DNA of 64,000 nucleotides from an uncultured delta proteobacterium (GTDB lineage: Bacteria; Desulfobacterota; Desulfobacteria; Desulfobacterales; JAFDCJ01), in NCBI GenBank assembly GCA_963769935.1, contig CAVYNY010000013.1, forward strand, positions 32,001 through 96,000, given 5' to 3'. Shown here in pieces: positions 60,497 to 64,000 of this stretch. Position 1 is the stretch's first letter. Each line of letters starts with the position of its first letter. Both the position numbers and the translations under genes were made by a program. The notes under the pieces are model-generated. The model was given only the letters and a program-made list of their open reading frames with translations. It was not told the origin of the DNA and ran no database searches.

Positions 60497-60998
60497 TAAT
60501 ATTGAATATTGTAGATTGAAAATTGAATATTTAATGAATTCTGTCGATTTTATCCTTTGCGCTCGCGGTTTTTCTGGAAGCCGCGAAAATTGCAGTTAGC
60601 TCTTTAGATTCATTAAGTAATTGCTCAACCAGTTTCTTTTCCAACAGACCTTCATCGATGATAAATTCCAACCAGAATGCAGTCTCATCTGTTTCCTCCA
60701 AAACGATACTTATCTTTGCAACAAAGCTCGCCTTTGATTGCGATAGGCAAGTTGCTCGATAGTTAGCAGCTGCGGACGTCGAACACCTGATAACCTGTCC
60801 CCGAAGATGTTTGCCCAAAGCAGTTTCCGGCAAGGCCATCGCCAGCTTCACGCAGCGATGGGCAAACTCTTTGGTCCTTTTTACCAGCTCTTCACTTTTC
60901 ATATTCACTCACCGATAGAATCAATCTCCATATTTCTGACAAACAATCAGAAGGATAGAATTCCACAAATATTCAATCTTCAATTTTCAATCTTCAAT
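60497..60998. mobile_element. Four-helix-bundle cassette bounded by inverted ATTGAA heptamer arms
   Basis: Inserted between permease genes; arms match the empty elements at 4980, 7094 and 8647. Confidence 0.6.
60531..60902 (-). CDS. Four helix bundle protein (23S rRNA IVP/bAvd-like family)
   Basis: L..RTKEFA, Q.IRCSTS.AANYRA, S.ASFVAKISIVLEETDETAFWLE, ESKELTAI. Confidence 0.9.
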   Translation of the reverse strand: MKSEELVKRTKEFAHRCVKLAMALPETALGKHLRGQVIRCSTSAAANYRATCLSQSKASFVAKISIVLEETDETAFWLEFIIDEGLLEKKLVEQLLNESKELTAIFAASRKTASAKDKIDRIH

Positions 60999-60999
60999 C

Positions 61000-62016
61000 C
61001 TAGTATCTCACCCTCGGATCCACCAGGGCGTAGATGATGTCAACCAGCAAAGATACCAGGGCAACGATCACTGCAAAAATCACGATGACCCCCTGAATGG
61101 TCGGATAATCCCGCAGGTAGATCCGTTCCAGCAGCAGCCGACCCATTCCGGGCCAGGAGAACGTCGTTTCAGTCAGCACGGCACCGGCCATCAGAAGGGC
61201 GACCTGCAGCCCCATCATGGTCAGGATCGGCACAAAGGCATTCATAATGGCATGTTTGTATACCACGCGCCAGTGTTTAATGCCCCGGGCCTCGGCCGCC
61301 AGAATATAGTCGGACTTGAGAACATCGAGCATGTTGGCCCGTGTCAGACGAATGAATATTCCCGAGAGCGTCAGCCCCAGGGTAACGCACGGCAAAACCA
61401 GATGCATCAGCACGTCGCCGAGGGCCGCAAAGTCTCCGGCTAAAATCGTGTCCAGCACGTAAAAGCCGGTTCGCTCGAAGGCGGCGGTAAACACCCGGGC
61501 ACCGGTTCTGCCGGCGATGGGAAAGATGTCCAGCCATATGCCGAAAATCATCTGCAGCATCAGACCCAGCCAGTAGACCGGAATGCAGTAAATCACGATT
61601 CCATATAGGCGGATGCCGTAGTCCTGTGGCGACCGGCGTTTATCGGCGGCATAGGCTCCCAGGGGAACTCCCACCAGAATCGTAATGAGCATTCCGAAAA
61701 AAGTCAGTTCTCCGGTAGCCGGAAGTTTATCTTTAATGGCATCAACAACCCGCTGTTTGAAGATCATGGAATCCCCCAGATTCAGCCGGCAGATCTGCAG
61801 CAGATAGCTCCCGTATTGAACGATCAGGGGCCGGTTGAGTCCCAATTCCTCCTTTTTTTCTTCGATGACCTTTTCGGGTGCATGGCCTCCCAGCATGGCA
61901 CCGACGGGGTTTCCAGGCATGATGCGGACAACTACGAAGACAATCGACAAAAGGATAAAGAGCATGGGGATGGTGAGCAAGGTCCGCGCAACAATGTATT
62001 GAAGCAGGTTTTTCAT
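61000..62016 (-). CDS. Peptide ABC permease (OppB/DppB-like)
   Basis: PGNP, LGLNRPL.VQY, LPAT.EL, AEARG, ETTFSWPGMG, DPRVRY. Confidence 0.93.
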   Translation of the reverse strand: MKNLLQYIVARTLLTIPMLFILLSIVFVVVRIMPGNPVGAMLGGHAPEKVIEEKKEELGLNRPLIVQYGSYLLQICRLNLGDSMIFKQRVVDAIKDKLPATGELTFFGMLITILVGVPLGAYAADKRRSPQDYGIRLYGIVIYCIPVYWLGLMLQMIFGIWLDIFPIAGRTGARVFTAAFERTGFYVLDTILAGDFAALGDVLMHLVLPCVTLGLTLSGIFIRLTRANMLDVLKSDYILAAEARGIKHWRVVYKHAIMNAFVPILTMMGLQVALLMAGAVLTETTFSWPGMGRLLLERIYLRDYPTIQGVIVIFAVIVALVSLLVDIIYALVDPRVRY

Positions 62017-62065
62017 GAATGCCTGAAGGGTATGTAATCTGGCGCCGTCAAGAATTGAAAGAAAT

Positions 62066-62095
62066 ATGGGATTCGCCTCCTCAGACGAATCCCAT
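62066..62095 (-). terminator. Stem-loop after the substrate-binding gene
   Basis: ATGGGATTCG…CGAATCCCAT followed by a U-rich tail on the minus strand. Confidence 0.65.
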
Positions 62096-62109
62096 TGCGC
62101 AGCCGTTAT

Positions 62110-63668
62110 TTATTTCACCATGTAAACCGGAGCGTAATTTAATTGCAGCGTGGGCGAGATCATAAGGCCTCTGATATTCTTCCGGGCGAACAGGTACAAA
62201 CTGCCTTGAAAGATGGGAGCCGTCGGCACCTGCTGGGTCCACATCTGCTGGATTTTCTTGAAGATTTTGGCGCGCGCCGCCTCGTCGGGGTCCTTTTGCT
62301 CTTCAACAAACATCGCATCCCATTTTGGGTCGGAGAAGTAAATTCCATTTCCCTTGGATCCGGCGGTCCCGGCAAACGCAGCCGTGTAGTTATCCGGATC
62401 GAGGTAGTCCGGATACCAGCCCAGCAGATAGACCGGCATCACCTGATTGCGCCAGTTTTCTTTATAAGTGGCCCATTCCGCCGACTTGACATCGACCGCC
62501 ATCACCCCGGTAGCCTCGAACTGGGCCTTGAGAACCGCCGCCATGTCAACTTCGGTGTCGCCGTAATGACTCGGGGTATACCAGAAGTCAAACTTGAGCT
62601 TGTTATTGGCGTTGAAGCCGGCTTTGGCCAGAAGCGCCTTAGACTTTTCGATATTGCCGTCGCCGAAGGCTTTTTTGAAATCATCCTCATGCGTCCACAT
62701 GCCTGCAGGCACCATGGAGTAAAGCGGGGCATTCTGACCGAGAAACACTTTCTTAATGATTTCCGTCCTGTTGATGGCCGCTGCAACTCCCTGACGGACG
62801 ATTTCGTTGGTAAACGGGTCGATTTTGCATTGAAAGCACAGGTAGCGGATATACGGGCCCTGGCCCTTGATGGTTTTGATCTTTTCTGATTTTTCAAGAT
62901 CACTGACGTCCGAGGGGTTGAAAGACTTGAAAGCAAAATCAAGTTCTCCCTTTTCCAGGGCCAGCCGCATGGTAGTGGCATCGGCAAAATAGCGAATGAC
63001 GACCATGTCGTTTTTCGGTTTTGGTCCGTAAAATTCAGGGTTTTTCTCCATGACGACTTCCTGGTCGCGTTTGAACGAAACGACTTCATAGGGTCCCAGG
63101 CCCACCAACTTGCCGCCTTTTAGTTCAGTGGGGTCCTTCACAATTTTGTCCGGTGGGTATACGTTGGGATTTACGGGGTAGTAGGGCGGGGTGGCTACGA
63201 GGGAAGGGAAATACGCCACGGGATTTTTCAGAACAAATTTCACGCGATGCTGGTCCAGGACTTCCACCCGATCCACAAAGTCGGTTACCAGCCAGGACGG
63301 ATCGCCCTTGAGTCGCATCATGCGATCGATGGACCATTTGACTGTGTTGGCGTCAAACGGAGTCCCATCGGAAAATTTTACGCCTTTCCTGAGTGTGAAA
63401 ATGTAGCCTTTGCCCTCGTCCACAATCTGATACTTATCGGCCAGGTGGCGGCACCAGGTTGGTTTTCCCGGCCGGATACCCCATAAGTCCCTGATAAATG
63501 TTGTAGAAAATTTCCCAGGTGTGGAAGTCGTAGGCATTGGCCGGATCCATATCGGTCACCTTTTCGGTGGTGCCGTAGACCAGGGTGACTTTCGCAAAAC
63601 TGTTGGATGCAAGGAAAATCAGGCCCAAGGCCATAAAACACAACCAGCATCGATTTAATGAGTTTCAT
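62110..63668 (-). CDS. Peptide ABC substrate-binding protein (family 5), two apparent frameshifts near the 5' end
   Basis: ORFs 63378-63668, 63434-63643 and 62110-63537 join into signal peptide + DMDPA…+ LRKGVKFSDGTPF; frame changes near 63640 and 63450; AGGAGG RBS. Confidence 0.85.
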
Positions 63669-64000
63669 TTTCCATCCTCCTTTCTTTCCGTTACAGGGTT
63701 AGGCGGTTAAAATTCAATCGGTAAAAAAATCAGGTACAGGTCCTCCCCCATGCATCAGCGGGCGGGATGATTAATGAAAAGAAGTAATATCGGGGAAAGG
63801 GTTGGGTAAATCGGGCCGCAGCCTGCTGATTTAGAAAGTATCTTTTATATAAATTTACATGAATTGCAAGACTAAATTGATCCGCCCGGCGATTCCCGGC
63901 GAAAAGCACATATGTTCTTCGAAACACGGCACCCGCTGGAACCGGCATTGACATTCCAATTGGAGAAGGATATTGAGAAAGTAATAAACAATGTCAAAAT

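Noticed and set aside
60531..60902. Diversity-generating retroelement or 23S rRNA intervening sequence
   Set aside because: No reverse transcriptase, TR/VR pair or rRNA sequence in the window.

Overview
Bacterial chromosomal window; gene content and codon style suggest an anaerobic deltaproteobacterium (Desulfobacterales-like; inference only). The left half (1-32.9 kb) is one large cell-envelope locus. It opens with a sphingolipid-type core (SDR reductase, ACP, serine palmitoyltransferase-like enzyme) followed by an MsbA/PglK-type ABC flippase. Next come an unusual ulosonic-acid module (HAD phosphatase, NeuB, SDR, aldehyde dehydrogenase, NeuA, transketolase; no neuC) and an amino-sugar/acylation module (epimerase, DegT, formyltransferase, AsnB-like amidotransferase, acetyltransferase, FabH, second ACP). 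It ends with GT4s, methyltransferases, a kinase, two HP-motif surface-carbohydrate proteins and a sulfotransferase, with clear duplication and decay scars. Together this may encode a ganglioside-like, heavily decorated glycosphingolipid. The right half holds a tripartite hipBST-like TA module, a two-component pair, a CdaA-YbbR fusion, a likely UGA-recoded (UxC) DUF1573 protein missed by the ORF track, priA, upp, ansA, a non-pyrrolysine MttB homolog, a CheX-CheX-FliN fusion, ProX, pepP and a peptide ABC operon. That operon is interrupted by a four-helix-bundle gene whose heptamer-repeat inverted arms also occur as empty copies elsewhere in the window. Several single-base frameshifts look like sequencing or assembly indels. 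No rRNA, tRNA or CRISPR array was recognised. All family assignments are by eye from motifs; no database searches were run.
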